From positions 1-42,957 of the IMG/VR virus record IMGVR_UViG_3300028586_000339: a DNA stretch of 42,957 bases. One strand, 5' to 3'. This DNA comes from a virus. Lineage: Duplodnaviria; Caudoviricetes. The notes below the pieces were generated by a model. That model ran no database searches and was not told where the DNA came from. It saw nothing but the letters and a program-made list of their open reading frames with translations. The position numbers were made by a program, and so were the translations under genes. Positions 16,741-27,795 of this stretch are shown in pieces. The stretch's first letter is position 1. Each line of letters starts with the position of its first letter.

Positions 16741-18275
16741 AGCAACCCGGCCTGCTATCCCGCACCTTCGCCGCGATCGCGCCAATGCGTGCCGCTGCTC
16801 GTGCCGAGGCGCGGGTTCGCCTTGAGCGGGCGGAGGTGCGCCGCGCCGCGCTGAGCGGCGTTCGCAACCAGTATGACGGCGCCAGCCACAGCCGGCGTAC
16901 GCAAGGCTGGCGGCGTACCGGGAAGGACGCGAACTACGAGCTGATGGGCGCCGCCCAGGTCCTCGCGCAGACCGCGCGGGACATGGTGCGCAACAACCCT
17001 TACGCCGAACGGGCCGTGTCGGCGATCGCGACCGACGTCGTCGGCACCGGCATCACCTTCCAGGTGCTCCGCAACGGCCAGCCCGACGAGCAGCTGCAGG
17101 CGCTCGCCAAGGCGCACTTCGAAACGACTGCCTGCGATGCCGACGGTCGGCAGAACCTCTATGGTTTGCAGCTGCAGGCGATGCGCACGATCGTCGAGAG
17201 TGGCGCAATCCTATTCCGCAACCGCCCGCGTTTCGCGCGTGACGGTCTGCCGGTCCCGTTCCAGCTGCAGGCGCTCGAGCCCGACTATCTGGACGCGAAC
17301 CGCAACGGACTGCTCGACAAGTTCGGCTCCTCGATCAGCGGCATCCAGTTCGACGTGATCGGCAATCGGGTAGCCTACTGGCTGTACCCGAACCATCCAG
17401 GGGCGATCGCGTCGCGCAGCCTGCTCGCGAGCCCGATCCCAGCCGACCAGGTGATCCACGTCTTCCGGCAGGATCGCCCGGGGCAGCAGCATGGCGCCAG
17501 CTGGTTTGCGCCCGTTGTGATGGCGATGCGCGAGTTCGCTGAGTACCAGGACGGCCAGCTGCTTCGCCAGAAGATCGCCGGCGCCTATGCCGTGTTCCGG
17601 ATCGGCTACGCCGGCGACGATGGCGAGGATCCGTCGCCTGAGGATGCCAGCGACTTCATCGAGCCCGGCATGATCGAGGATCTGCCCGCCGGTGGCGATG
17701 TGAAGTTCGCGTCGCCCCCGGGCGTCGAGGGCTATGCCGACTTCGCCAAGATCTCGGTGCGTACCTTCGCGACTGGCCTCAACCTGCCGTATGACATCTT
17801 CGGCGACCTCGAAGGCGTCAACTTCAGCTCCGGTCGGATCGGCCGCATCCAGTACAATCGCCAGCTCGACGGCTGGACCTGGAACATGCTGATCCCGCAG
17901 TTCTGTGAACCTGCAGCCGCCTGGTTCTTCCGCGCGGCGTCGCTGCTCGGCATTGACGTCGAGGGTTGCACGATGCTTTGGACGCCGCCAGCGCGTCCAA
18001 TGCTCGATATCGCCACCGAAGGCCCGGCGATCCGCGACATGGTCCGCGCCGGCTTGATGGATCCCGAGACCGCGATCCGCGAGCGTGGCGAGGATCCCGA
18101 CATGCTGCTCGCCGCCTGGAAGCGCTGGGCCGACAAGGTCGACAAGGCAGGCCTGGTCTTCGACTGCGACCCGCGCCGCGTGACGCAGGTCGGCAATGCG
18201 CTTCAGCCGTCCAACGGCGGCGACACCAAGCCTGGCGCGACCGTGCCGGCCGCCACCAAGCCCGCGAAAGGCTGA
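16737..18275 (+). CDS. Portal protein, lambda family
   Basis: YDGAS...ARDMVRNNPYA, LQALEPDYL, RPGQQHG, GDLEGVNFSSGR. Confidence 0.93.
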   Translation: MKQPGLLSRTFAAIAPMRAAARAEARVRLERAEVRRAALSGVRNQYDGASHSRRTQGWRRTGKDANYELMGAAQVLAQTARDMVRNNPYAERAVSAIATDVVGTGITFQVLRNGQPDEQLQALAKAHFETTACDADGRQNLYGLQLQAMRTIVESGAILFRNRPRFARDGLPVPFQLQALEPDYLDANRNGLLDKFGSSISGIQFDVIGNRVAYWLYPNHPGAIASRSLLASPIPADQVIHVFRQDRPGQQHGASWFAPVVMAMREFAEYQDGQLLRQKIAGAYAVFRIGYAGDDGEDPSPEDASDFIEPGMIEDLPAGGDVKFASPPGVEGYADFAKISVRTFATGLNLPYDIFGDLEGVNFSSGRIGRIQYNRQLDGWTWNMLIPQFCEPAAAWFFRAASLLGIDVEGCTMLWTPPARPMLDIATEGPAIRDMVRAGLMDPETAIRERGEDPDMLLAAWKRWADKVDKAGLVFDCDPRRVTQVGNALQPSNGGDTKPGATVPAATKPAKG

Positions 18276-18280
18276 TCCCC

Positions 18281-20299
18281 ATGGAAATTCTGCTCTACGG
18301 CATCATCGGCGACCCCGATGACGGCCTCGACGCGGGCTGGCTAGTCACCCGGATCAGCTCCGCCCCCGACGACATCACGGTGCGCATTAATTCGCTCGGC
18401 GGCCTGCTGTTCGACGGCTTCGCGATCTACAATGCGCTGAAGCAGTCGCCGCGCAAGGTCACCGTGCTGATCGACGGCGTCGCCGGCTCGATCGCCAGCG
18501 TGATCGCCATGGCCGGTGACCGCATCGTCATGGCCGAAAGCTCGGTGATGATGATCCACAAGCCGAGCGATGGCACCTATGCGACAGCCCCGGAGCTGCG
18601 CGCCGTCGCGGACCGCCTCGACCTGCTCCAGAACCAGCTGGTGCAGATCTACGCGGCGCGCACCGGCATGTCGGCCGAGGAGCTTAACCCGCTGCTCGAT
18701 GCCGAGACCTGGCTGACCGCCCAAGAGGCGCTCGACCTCCACTTCATCGACGAGATCGCCGGCAACGCGACCGCGACCAACATGCTCGACCCGAGCAAGT
18801 TCAAGTTCCGCGCGCTGCCGTCCCACCCGCTCATCGCGAACGCGACGAGTACCCCGGCGCCAGCCGCCATTCCAGACCTGGAGAACCCGATGCCCGATCA
18901 GATCGTGCCGGCGCCGACCCCGACGCCCAGCCTTACGCCGACCCCGACTCCTGCACCGGTCGTTGTGCCCGAGCAGCCGACCAACGTTGGCGATGCCGTC
19001 GCCTTGGCTCTGGCAGCCGAACGCACCCGCGTTGCCACCATCCGAAACGAGGTCAGCCGCGCTCGCCTGCCGCGTGAGTTCGGTGATACGCTCGTCGATA
19101 CCGGCGTCAGCGTCGATGCGGCGCGCACCAGCATCATCGACCATATCGCTACGAACGCGCCCACCATCACCAACCTCTCGCCGGCGATGATCCCGACCGC
19201 CCAGTTCGCTGCGCGCGCGGATGCCATGTCGATCGCGATTGCGCACCGCGCCAACCCGCGCAACCAGCTGACCGACGAGGCCAAGCCCTTCGCCGGCCGT
19301 CGCCTGATCGTGCTCGCCCGCGACTTTATGGACTCGACCGGCGTCAGCACCCGCAACATGAGCGACGTCGAAGTCGCCCAGGCGGTGTTCCGCTATCGCC
19401 AGCCGATGAACGCCGGCCAGCACACCACGGCCGACTTCCCGGCGCTGATGGGTAACACCGTCGGCCGCACGCTTCGTCGCGGCTACGAGCTCGCCCCGCA
19501 GACGTTCAAGCCGTTCTGCCGCCAGGGCAGCGTGCCCGACTTCCGCCCGGTCAGCCGCGTTGCGCTCTCCGACATCTCGCCGATGAAGGCGGTCGCCGAG
19601 GGTGCCGAGTACCAGTACGCCACGGTCGGTGACTCGGCCGAGCAGTATGCGGTCGGCAAGTGGGGCCAGATCATCTCGCTGAGCTGGGAAACCATCATTA
19701 ACGACGACCTCAACGCCTTCGATCGTATCCCGATGGCGATGGGTCAGGAAGCCGCTCAGGTCGAGAGCGACGTCGTGTGGGCGATCCTGCTCGCCAATCC
19801 CGCGCCGAATATGTCGGACGGTCTGCCGGTGTTCGAGGCCAACACGCACAAGAACCTCGCGGCAGCCGGCGCAGCCATCGCGATCGCGTCGCTTCAGGCC
19901 GGCCGCACCCGCATGCGCACGCAGAAGTCGCCGAAGGGCCGCTTCCTCAACAACGCGCCAGCTTTCCTGATCGCCGGCCCGACCAGCGAGCAGGCCGCCA
20001 ACCAGTTCACCTCGGCGAACTACGTCGCGACCAAGAACGGCGACATCAATCCGGAATATAACCGGACGCTGACGCCGATCATCGAGCCGCGCATCATCGA
20101 CACGACCTGGTTCCTGTCGGCCGATCCCAACGCGCAGTCGATCGACACGATCGAGTACTCGTACCTGGCCGGCCACGAAGGCCTCCAGACCGAGCAGCGC
20201 AACGGCTTCGAAGTCGACGGCGTCGACATCAAGGCGCGCCTGGTCGTCGGCGCGAAGGCGATCGACCATCGGGGCATGGACAAGAACCCAGGCGCGTAA
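18281..20299 (+). CDS. ClpP-like prohead protease fused to the major capsid protein
   Basis: N-terminal VRINSLGG...DGVAGSIASVIAMAGD...MMIHKP...ETWLTAQEA; Pro-rich linker; capsid part HTTADFP...PDFRP...IINDDL...FEVDGV. Confidence 0.92.
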   Translation: MEILLYGIIGDPDDGLDAGWLVTRISSAPDDITVRINSLGGLLFDGFAIYNALKQSPRKVTVLIDGVAGSIASVIAMAGDRIVMAESSVMMIHKPSDGTYATAPELRAVADRLDLLQNQLVQIYAARTGMSAEELNPLLDAETWLTAQEALDLHFIDEIAGNATATNMLDPSKFKFRALPSHPLIANATSTPAPAAIPDLENPMPDQIVPAPTPTPSLTPTPTPAPVVVPEQPTNVGDAVALALAAERTRVATIRNEVSRARLPREFGDTLVDTGVSVDAARTSIIDHIATNAPTITNLSPAMIPTAQFAARADAMSIAIAHRANPRNQLTDEAKPFAGRRLIVLARDFMDSTGVSTRNMSDVEVAQAVFRYRQPMNAGQHTTADFPALMGNTVGRTLRRGYELAPQTFKPFCRQGSVPDFRPVSRVALSDISPMKAVAEGAEYQYATVGDSAEQYAVGKWGQIISLSWETIINDDLNAFDRIPMAMGQEAAQVESDVVWAILLANPAPNMSDGLPVFEANTHKNLAAAGAAIAIASLQAGRTRMRTQKSPKGRFLNNAPAFLIAGPTSEQAANQFTSANYVATKNGDINPEYNRTLTPIIEPRIIDTTWFLSADPNAQSIDTIEYSYLAGHEGLQTEQRNGFEVDGVDIKARLVVGAKAIDHRGMDKNPGA

Positions 20300-20386
20300 G
20301 CCGACCGGCTCCCCTGCCTACCACCATCGCTATGCAGATCGGGCGGCCCTTGTGCTGCCCGGTCCCGCGTCATCCGGAGAACCACG

Positions 20387-20713
20387 ATGAAGAACTTCCT
20401 CGGTCATGCCAATGACCAGATGCTCACCGCACCGGCCGCAGTCGCCGCCGGCGGCGGTGCGCTGATCGGCGCCATCTTCGGCGTCGCCAAGATCGCGATC
20501 GCTCAGGGCGTGCGCGGCCCGTTCTGCCTAACCGGCAAGTTCGAAATGCCGAAGGACGCCAACGCCATCAACGAGGGCGCGCGGGTCTATTGGGACAACA
20601 CCAACAAGGTCGTGACTGCGACCTCGGCCGGCAACACGCTGATCGGCGCCTGCACCCAGGCGGCGCTCGCCGGCGATACCACGGCGCATGTCCGCCTCAA
20701 CGCCAGCTTCTAA
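20387..20713 (+). CDS. DUF2190-family capsid cement/decoration protein
   Basis: MKNF...LTAPAAVAAGG...FGVA...GARVYWD...NTLIG...VRLN. Confidence 0.85.
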   Translation: MKNFLGHANDQMLTAPAAVAAGGGALIGAIFGVAKIAIAQGVRGPFCLTGKFEMPKDANAINEGARVYWDNTNKVVTATSAGNTLIGACTQAALAGDTTAHVRLNASF

Positions 20714-20715
20714 GC

Positions 20716-21036
20716 ATGTATGACCCGTTCGCCATGGCGCTGGGAGTGCTTCACCGCGCTGCCGGCTCCGTGGCGGCGGTCTACACGCCGGCCGGCGGCG
20801 ATCCGCTGCCCGAACCGATCAGGGTCATTCGGAAAGCCCACCAGGCCGATCTCGCCTTTGGCGACACTACCATCCCGACCAGGGCAACGACCTGGAGCAT
20901 CATGCGCGCGGATGTTGATCAGCCGACCGCCGGCGCATCACTAACGGTAGACGGGCAAATCTTCGAGATCATCGGCGAGCCCCGGCTGTCGGCCGAGGGC
21001 CTCGCCTGGATCGTCGAAGCCCCCGGCGACGAGTGA
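20716..21036 (+). CDS. Head-tail joining protein (gpFII-like)
   Basis: Position and size; AVYTPAGG...PTAGASLTVDGQIFEIIGEP. Confidence 0.7.
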   Translation: MYDPFAMALGVLHRAAGSVAAVYTPAGGDPLPEPIRVIRKAHQADLAFGDTTIPTRATTWSIMRADVDQPTAGASLTVDGQIFEIIGEPRLSAEGLAWIVEAPGDE

Positions 21037-21037
21037 C

Positions 21038-21745
21038 ATGCTCCGCACCAGCTTGAAGGGCCCGGACTTCGACAAAATCTTTACCGGTGCCGAGGATGAG
21101 GTCGCCGGCTTCGTCACCGCAGCGATGCGCGACACCACCGACGAGGTGAAAGAGGCGTTCCGCGACCAGGTGCGTGCGGCCGGCCTCGGCGATCGCCTGG
21201 CGAACGCGGTGCGCGGCGTCACCTACCCGAACCGCTCCGGCCGGATCAGCCTCGAGCCGACCGGCTGGATCTACGCGCAGCCCTCGAAGGATGGACGCGG
21301 CGCCGCCGCGATCATCGACAGCTATGCGAACGGCCGCACCATCTACCGGCGCGGCGGCAAGGGGTTGTTGGCGATCCCGACCGACGATGTGCCGCGCAAC
21401 CGCAGCGGTGATGCTTTGACGGTAAGCGAAGTCGAGGGTCATTTTGGGCGACGCCTCATCTTCATTTCACCGGGTGATAAGGGGTTTCACACGCCGAGCA
21501 TTCGCCGCGGTAGCGTCGGCTACTTGGTGATGAAGGGCTTGGTTACGCGCAAGAGCACCGGCCGCTGGCGCAATGCCACCGACAACGAGCGTGCTGGCAA
21601 GACCCGCAATCCACGCCCGGTGCAGATGGTCATCATGTTTTCGCTCGTGCGGATGGTGAAGAAGCCGAAGACCGTCGACCTGTCGGCGCCGGCGGCACTC
21701 GCCGAGCAGCGCTTCCCTGCCAACCTTGACGCTCGCTGGAGATAG
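21038..21745 (+). CDS. Neck/minor tail protein (DUF6441-like)
   Basis: RDQVRAAGLGDRLANAVRGVTYP...SL...LAIPT; position in the neck module. Confidence 0.65.
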   Translation: MLRTSLKGPDFDKIFTGAEDEVAGFVTAAMRDTTDEVKEAFRDQVRAAGLGDRLANAVRGVTYPNRSGRISLEPTGWIYAQPSKDGRGAAAIIDSYANGRTIYRRGGKGLLAIPTDDVPRNRSGDALTVSEVEGHFGRRLIFISPGDKGFHTPSIRRGSVGYLVMKGLVTRKSTGRWRNATDNERAGKTRNPRPVQMVIMFSLVRMVKKPKTVDLSAPAALAEQRFPANLDARWR

Positions 21746-21747
21746 TT

Positions 21748-22170
21748 ATGTCCAAGCGGTTCGATGTTGGCGTCGCGGTGAAGGCGCTGGTTAAGGCGGC
21801 TTTGCCGAACAGCAAAGTGCTGGGCATGGAGCCCGATGAGGCCAAGCCGTCCAACGTCGACGATTTCGGTCTCGTGATCGTCCGCTCGGGCGACCCCGGC
21901 ACCCCCGACGTCGACCTTTCCCCTCCGACCTACTGGTACGAGCATCAATTCCCGATCGAGATCGCGGCGCGCTCGCGCGAGCAGCTCGACACGATGATGA
22001 CCGCGATCGGCGATGCGATCGTCGCGGACCGTTTCCTTGGCGGCCTCTGCATCTACCTCGATGCGCAGGCGCCGGTGGACGGCGAGACGCAATCGGTCGG
22101 CGTGGCGGCGATGAGCTGGGCCGATTTCCCGATCATCGCGACCTATTCGACCACCAGCCCGCTCGGCTGA
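21748..22170 (+). CDS. Tail terminator-like protein
   Basis: GLVIVRSGDPGTPDVDLSPPTYWYEH...ADRFLGGLC...YSTTSPL; directly before the tail tube. Confidence 0.65.
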   Translation: MSKRFDVGVAVKALVKAALPNSKVLGMEPDEAKPSNVDDFGLVIVRSGDPGTPDVDLSPPTYWYEHQFPIEIAARSREQLDTMMTAIGDAIVADRFLGGLCIYLDAQAPVDGETQSVGVAAMSWADFPIIATYSTTSPLG

Positions 22171-22193
22171 CCTTCAACAGACAGGAGACACCC

Positions 22194-23138
22194 ATGGGCC
22201 GACCCCTTGGTATTAACGCGGTCATGGCGGCCGCGAGTGAGACGGTTTACGGCCAGGTGCCGGCGTCGACGTTCTTCAAGCTGCCGCTGATCAGCCATGG
22301 CCTTGGCGAAGAGCAGGCGCTGATCGAGGATGACCAGCTCGGCTTCGGCCGTGAGGGTCTCGACCCGACCTATGACGTCATCACCGCCGACGGCGACCTG
22401 ATGGTGCCGGTCGAGCAGCGCGGCATCGGCTTCTGGCTGCGCCAGACCTTCGGCCCGCCCGTCACCACCGGTCCGACCGGCGGCAAGTACACGCACGTCT
22501 TCACCTCGGGGGCGCAGGCGCTGCCCTCGACTTCGATCGAGATCGGCCAGCCCGACGAGCCGAGCTACAGCGTGCATTACGGCCTGGTGCTCAACACCAT
22601 CAAGATCGCGCTCGCGCGTTCGGGCATGCTCAACGCCACGCTGTCGATGATCGGCCAGGGCGAGGTAGATCCGACAGTTGCCAGCGTCGCCGGCTCGCCG
22701 ACCCCGCTGCGCGGCTTGCGCTTTGCCCAGGCGACCGGCTCGATCATGGTCGACGGCGTTGTTGCCGGCGATATCGTCTCGGCCGACGTCGCCTATTCGA
22801 ACCAGCTCGACAAGGTCGAGGTCATCCGCGCCGATGGCCGTATCGCCGGCGTCGATCCCGGTAAGGCAATGTCGAACGGCTCGATCGTCGTGCGCGGCCC
22901 GCGTGGCACGCTGTTCAACAAGTCGCGCGGCAAGATCTCGGCCGCGCTCAGCTTCGGCTGGGCGCTGGGCGATGGCACCAGCCTGACCTTCGCGCTGCCG
23001 CGCGTCTGGCTGCCCAAGCCCAAACGCCCGATCAGCGGCCCGAAGGGCGTCACCAGCACGTTCAACTATCAGGCCTCGGGTGCGGCAGCCGCGCAGATGA
23101 CGGTCACGCTAGTGACCGACGTCGCCAGCTACGCTTGA
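22194..23138 (+). CDS. Major tail tube protein
   Basis: ETVYGQVP...LGEEQALIEDDQLGFGRE...HVFTSG..ALPSTSIEIG...PKRPISGPKG. Confidence 0.85.
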   Translation: MGRPLGINAVMAAASETVYGQVPASTFFKLPLISHGLGEEQALIEDDQLGFGREGLDPTYDVITADGDLMVPVEQRGIGFWLRQTFGPPVTTGPTGGKYTHVFTSGAQALPSTSIEIGQPDEPSYSVHYGLVLNTIKIALARSGMLNATLSMIGQGEVDPTVASVAGSPTPLRGLRFAQATGSIMVDGVVAGDIVSADVAYSNQLDKVEVIRADGRIAGVDPGKAMSNGSIVVRGPRGTLFNKSRGKISAALSFGWALGDGTSLTFALPRVWLPKPKRPISGPKGVTSTFNYQASGAAAAQMTVTLVTDVASYA

Positions 23139-23160
23139 TCCTTCAGACCCGGAGAACACC

Positions 23161-23484
23161 ATGGGCACTTTGACACTGACAGCGGTCGCCGCTGTTCTCG
23201 CCGCTGGACATGTGAAGGTCGGCGTCACGCCGCCCGACGTGCTGGCGAACATTCGCGTCGTCGACGCCAAGACCGGCGAAACGATCGAGCAGATCCTCGA
23301 AGCCGATGTCGCGAGCAGCACGGTCAGCCGCTACGCGGTCGAGGCCGGCAACTTCGTTCGCGTGGACAATGCCTTCCAGATCATTGACGAGGATCGCGAA
23401 ATCCGCCTCGAGGCGATCGAGACGCCGGCAGCCGAAGCAGCCGATGCGGTCGACGCCGTCGACGCCGACGAGCACACCGCCTGA
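23161..23484 (+). CDS. Hypothetical tail-module protein
   Basis: GGAG RBS; coupled to the chaperone gene. Confidence 0.6.
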   Translation: MGTLTLTAVAAVLAAGHVKVGVTPPDVLANIRVVDAKTGETIEQILEADVASSTVSRYAVEAGNFVRVDNAFQIIDEDREIRLEAIETPAAEAADAVDAVDADEHTA

Positions 23485-24113
23485 TGTTTGCTCTCGGCGC
23501 GCCCCAGCCAGTCACCAAGACGCTGATCGCCGCCTATGGCGATCGGCCGGCGGTGAAGGTCACCTTCAACCCGCAGCCGTCGCCGCTCTCGCTCCGCGCC
23601 GCGCGCCGCGCGGTTGCCGAGGTCTTGCAGCGCGATCGCGGTGCGATCGAGGAGGCAGGTGACGCCTTCTCGCGCGCAATTCTGCGCTTCAACATCATCG
23701 GATGGGACGGCATCGGCGACCAGGACGACCAGCCGGTCGCGCCGACGCCCGACGTCGAGATCCGCGATGACGCCGGCGCGATCGTGCGGGTCGAGCCTGG
23801 CACGATCTCGGCATTCATCGCCGAGCCGCGCCTGTTCGAAGCGGCCGACCGCGAATACGTCCTGCCCTGGACCAAGTTGGACGCGGAAAAAAACGGCTTT
23901 GCGCCCTTGCCGGCTGGCACTTCGGCGGGGGCGATGCCGGCGGACGATACTGCCACAACGCCTGCGATGCCGAAAAGCTCGGGCGCTGTGACGAATGCCC
24001 CTACCGCAAACACGAAGCCCAAACCGAAGCGGGCGAAGCCGTCTGGCAAGTCGTCGCCGGCGCGGGCTCGCAGATCCGCCCCGCGATCGTCCCGACTGCA
24101 GAAGGCTTCGTAA
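23484..24113 (+). CDS. Tail assembly chaperone (G-like, unshifted product)
   Basis: IIGWDGIGD motif; slippery A AAA AAC at 23888-23894 (…DAEKN). Confidence 0.75.
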   Translation: MFALGAPQPVTKTLIAAYGDRPAVKVTFNPQPSPLSLRAARRAVAEVLQRDRGAIEEAGDAFSRAILRFNIIGWDGIGDQDDQPVAPTPDVEIRDDAGAIVRVEPGTISAFIAEPRLFEAADREYVLPWTKLDAEKNGFAPLPAGTSAGAMPADDTATTPAMPKSSGAVTNAPTANTKPKPKRAKPSGKSSPARARRSAPRSSRLQKAS

Positions 24114-24274
24114 CCCGGCCGATCGGCCTCGACTTCACCGCGATCATGAGGGTCGGCGCCGCGCGCGGCGCTGACCTCCGTCTGCTCGCCGAGATCCTGC
24201 CGCGCATCGAAGCGGCCGTGATCAACCCGCCCGACACGTTTGAAGAGGAGGCCGACGACGATGACAATTCGTAG
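23888..24274 (+). CDS. Tail assembly chaperone -1 frameshift extension (GT-like)
   Basis: The -1 frame after the slippery site reads KRLCALAGWHFGGG...YCHNAC...CDECPY...AVWQVV...GLDF...EILPRIEA to TAG at 24274, overlapping the tape-measure start. Confidence 0.75.
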   Translation, partial: KKRLCALAGWHFGGGDAGGRYCHNACDAEKLGRCDECPYRKHEAQTEAGEAVWQVVAGAGSQIRPAIVPTAEGFVTRPIGLDFTAIMRVGAARGADLRLLAEILPRIEAAVINPPDTFEEEADDDDNS

Positions 24275-27200
24275 CGTTGGCTTCCAGCTGAAGACGGACG
24301 GCAAGGCCGAGGTGAAGAACGACTTCGCCGAGGTGAAGAAGGCCGGCGTCGATGCCATGGACGGCATCGCGTCGGCGGCCGAGCAATCCGCCGATCGCGC
24401 TTCGAAGGCGACCGACGAATATACCGACCGGCAGGTCGCCGCCTTCCAGAAGCAAGCGGCAGCGGCGAAGATCGCGGCCGCCAACGCATCGGCCAACGCT
24501 TCCTTCGACACGGCAGCAGCGCAGCCTGGCAACGCCGGTCAGTTCGCGACCGTCAACCTCGATCGCACGAGCGGGTCCGCCAAGGAAGCCGCTTCCGCGT
24601 TCCAGCCGTTGCTCGAGGCTGAGGATGCGGCTGCTCGTGCCGAGGCCGACCGCGCGGCTGCCGCGAACAAGCTGCGCGCCTCGCTCGATCCGTTGTACGC
24701 TTCGCAGCAGCGCTACGACAACGAGCTGAAGACCTACAAGTCGCTGCTCGACAGCGGCAACATCACCGAGGAAGAACACCGCAAAGCCGTCGGCATGGCC
24801 GGCGAGACCTTCCTCGATGCGGCCGAGAAGACTCGGAAGCTCGGCGATAGTACCGGCTTCACCTTCATGCAGATGCAGATGCTGAAGTCGGCTGCGTTCA
24901 ACTCCTATCAGTCGCTCGCGGCCGGCATGCCGATCCTGCGCGTGCTTGCCGAGCAAGGCGCGGAAGTTGCGCAGGCCTTCGTCGGCGAGGGCGGCGTGAG
25001 CGGCGCCATCCGTGAGACCGGCCACGCGTCGCATGACGCTGGCGAGGCGATCGGCGGATCGAGCGGCGCCAACCCCGCGCTCGAGGAGCTGAAGGCAAAA
25101 GCCGAAGAGGCCGCCAAGAAGCTTGCCGAGGAAACGGCGTCTCGGGCTCGCTGAAGAAGGTTATGTCGGTGCTCACGCCGACGCGGCTGCTCATCGGCGG
25201 CACCGCGATTGCCGTGATCGCCGGCACCAAGGCCTGGTACGACTATGCATCGAGCGTGGCGAAGCTCGGCGCGCTATCGCAGGGCATGGGCGCGCAGCTC
25301 GGCGAAAGCGGCGCGCAGCTCGAGGCGAACGCGGAAGCCGCAGCCGACGCGGCGAAGATCAGCGTCTCGGCCGCGCGCGACCTCGAACAGGGCTATATCG
25401 CCGTCGCCTCCTCGGGCGACGTGCTCGTCGGCCTGACTGCCATCACCAAGGATTTTGCCGCAGCGACCGGGCAGGATGCCAAGGGCGCGCAGCAAGAGCT
25501 CAACGCCACATTCGGCGATACCATCGCCGGCGCGCAAGCGATGGCCGAGAAGTACGGCGCGGTCACGCAGGCGCAGATCGAGCACATCGCCAAGCTCGTC
25601 GAGGAAGGCGACCAGACCAATGCCCAGATCGCGCTGCTGAACGCGCTTGGGCCGGCCTTCGATGGCGCGGCCGCGCACGCCAGCGTGCTCGAGCGCGGTT
25701 GGAGCGGAATCGCCACAGCCGCTTCCGACGCCTGGAACTGGATGGGCAAGGCGCTCGATCGCATGGCGACCGGCGGCACCCTCGCGGACCAGATCAAGTC
25801 GCTCGAGATGAAGCGTGACAGCACGCCGACTGGCTTCGAAAGCGATCGCAAAGCGATTCAGTCGCAAATCGACGGACTGCGCGTGCAGCTCAACCAGGAG
25901 GCTGCCCAGGCCAGCCGGCGCGCGGAGGTCTCCACGGTCGCGCAGGGCCGCAAGATCGTCGACTCCTACACCGGCGAGAGCGCGCTCTCCGGCTACAAGG
26001 ATGCGGCCGGCAAGCTCAAGGCCGCGCTGAACACGACGTCCCAGCTCGATCCCTCGCAGCGCAAGGCGATGACCGACACGTTGGACGCGTACAATCACGC
26101 GATCACGACCTTCATCCCGCAGCAGCAGAAAGCCAACGAGCTCGCCGCGATCGACGCGAAGATCGCCGCGACCAAGGCGCCGGCGGCAAAGGCCGCGCTG
26201 GCAGCCCAGCGCGAGGAGATCGCCGCCAAGGGGCAGGTCATCACCTCGGCCAACGTCGAGGCGCTGGCGCACTCGAAAGCCGATGCGGCAGCTGCTCACG
26301 CCACCAAGACGCACGATGGCCATGCCAAGGCGCTCGCACGCGACGCCGCATCGATGGAAGTTTCAGCGGCAGCCGCGATCGACGTCGCCAACGCCTACTT
26401 GAAGTCGGCAGCTGCTGGCGAGGAGGCGGAAGCCCGTCGCAAGGCGGCAACCGATGCCACCAAGAAGGGCATCGACGTCGAGGAGCAGGCACGGCGTCAG
26501 CTGGCGCTCAGCGCGGCCGAGGCGGTGGCGAACGGTGCCAAGGCCGTGTCGCAGATGAACGATGAGGCGGCCGCGCGTGAGGCGGTGATGGCGAAAGTCA
26601 CCGCCGGCACCGTGTCGGTCAACGACATGGCGACCGCGCTCCAGGCCGAGTCGACGCTCCGACCGCTGGTCGCACTGCGCGCCCGCCTCCAGGGCGAGGC
26701 CCTAGCGACGCTCAACCGCGAGATCGACGCGCAAACGGCCGCACTCGGCCGCCGCAATGCCGCTGATGCCGCCTGGGATGCAGAGCAGAGCATCGCCAAG
26801 CTGAAGGCCTCGACAGCGCTGTCGCGCGGCAGCATCAACTATGCTGGGCTCCAGGCCGACGCTCGTGCGGTTGCGGAGGCGCGGGCTCGCGCCGAGCAGG
26901 AAGCGGACGAGAAGCGCTACACCCCGGAGGATCGCACCAGCTACGTCGACGCCGCTGTTGATGAGGCGCAGACCAAGAACGCAGCCGATCGTGCGCAATA
27001 CCTCGCCGATGCCAACCGCAGCCAAACCCAGAACCTGACGCTGGGCGCGGCCGAGCTGCGCCTGGTCACCGCGAACGACGACGTCCGCAGCGAGAGCCTC
27101 GACAAGCTCCGCACCATGCTCGATCTGCAATCGCGCGGCGTCGACCTCTACGGCGCCGAAGCCAAGCAGCTCCTCGCCGGCGTGGCGGCGATGGATCAGC

Positions 27201-27793
27201 AGCAGGTACGGCTGAAAGGGCTCCAGGACGCGTGGGCGGAAGTAAAGGGCACCGGCGAGCAGTTCCTGGACGATCTGCTCAACCCGGATGGCTCCGGCTT
27301 GAAGAGCTTGCTGAAGGACGTCGAAAACGAGTTCATCAAGCTTGCCGCGCTCAATCCGCTGAAGAACCTCCTGTTCGGCGAGAAGCTACCGACGCTCAGC
27401 AGCGTGTTCGGCCTGTTCGGTGGCGGCAGAAGCGCGATCTCCAATCCTACGGTCGACCTGTCATGGGTGACCGCACACAACGCCACGGGCACGCAGAACT
27501 GGTCGGGTGGTGCGACCTACGTCAATGAGAACGGCGGCGAGATCATGGATCTACCCGGCGGCACGCGGATCTATCCGGCCGCGGAAAGCCGGCGGATGAT
27601 GTCGGCCGCCAACGAGAACGGCGGCGGTGGGGCGGTTCACTTCCATCTGGCGGGCGCCGTGGTAACGCAGGACCTGCTTGACCAGGTGAATGCGATCGGC
27701 GCAGCGGCGGCTACGCAGGGTGCGGCCGGCGGCGCGCGCTTGGCTGCCAGCAATGCCACGCGAGCGGCGCGCAGCAACCTGGCGAGGCGCTGA
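24261..27793 (+). CDS. Tail tape measure protein, split by a frameshift near 25130 (ORFs 24261-25154 and 25163-27793)
   Basis: Ala-rich helical sequence; QSLAAGMPILRVLAEQG motif in part 1 and C-terminal ATGT...YVNENGGE in part 2. Confidence 0.85.
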
Positions 27794-27795
27794 CC

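Noticed and set aside
18341-20269. Long antisense ORFs (e.g. 642 aa opposite the capsid; also 29500-31077, 42015-42905, 37-927, 931-2268)
   Set aside because: Shadow ORFs caused by high-GC codon bias opposite or overlapping clear genes.
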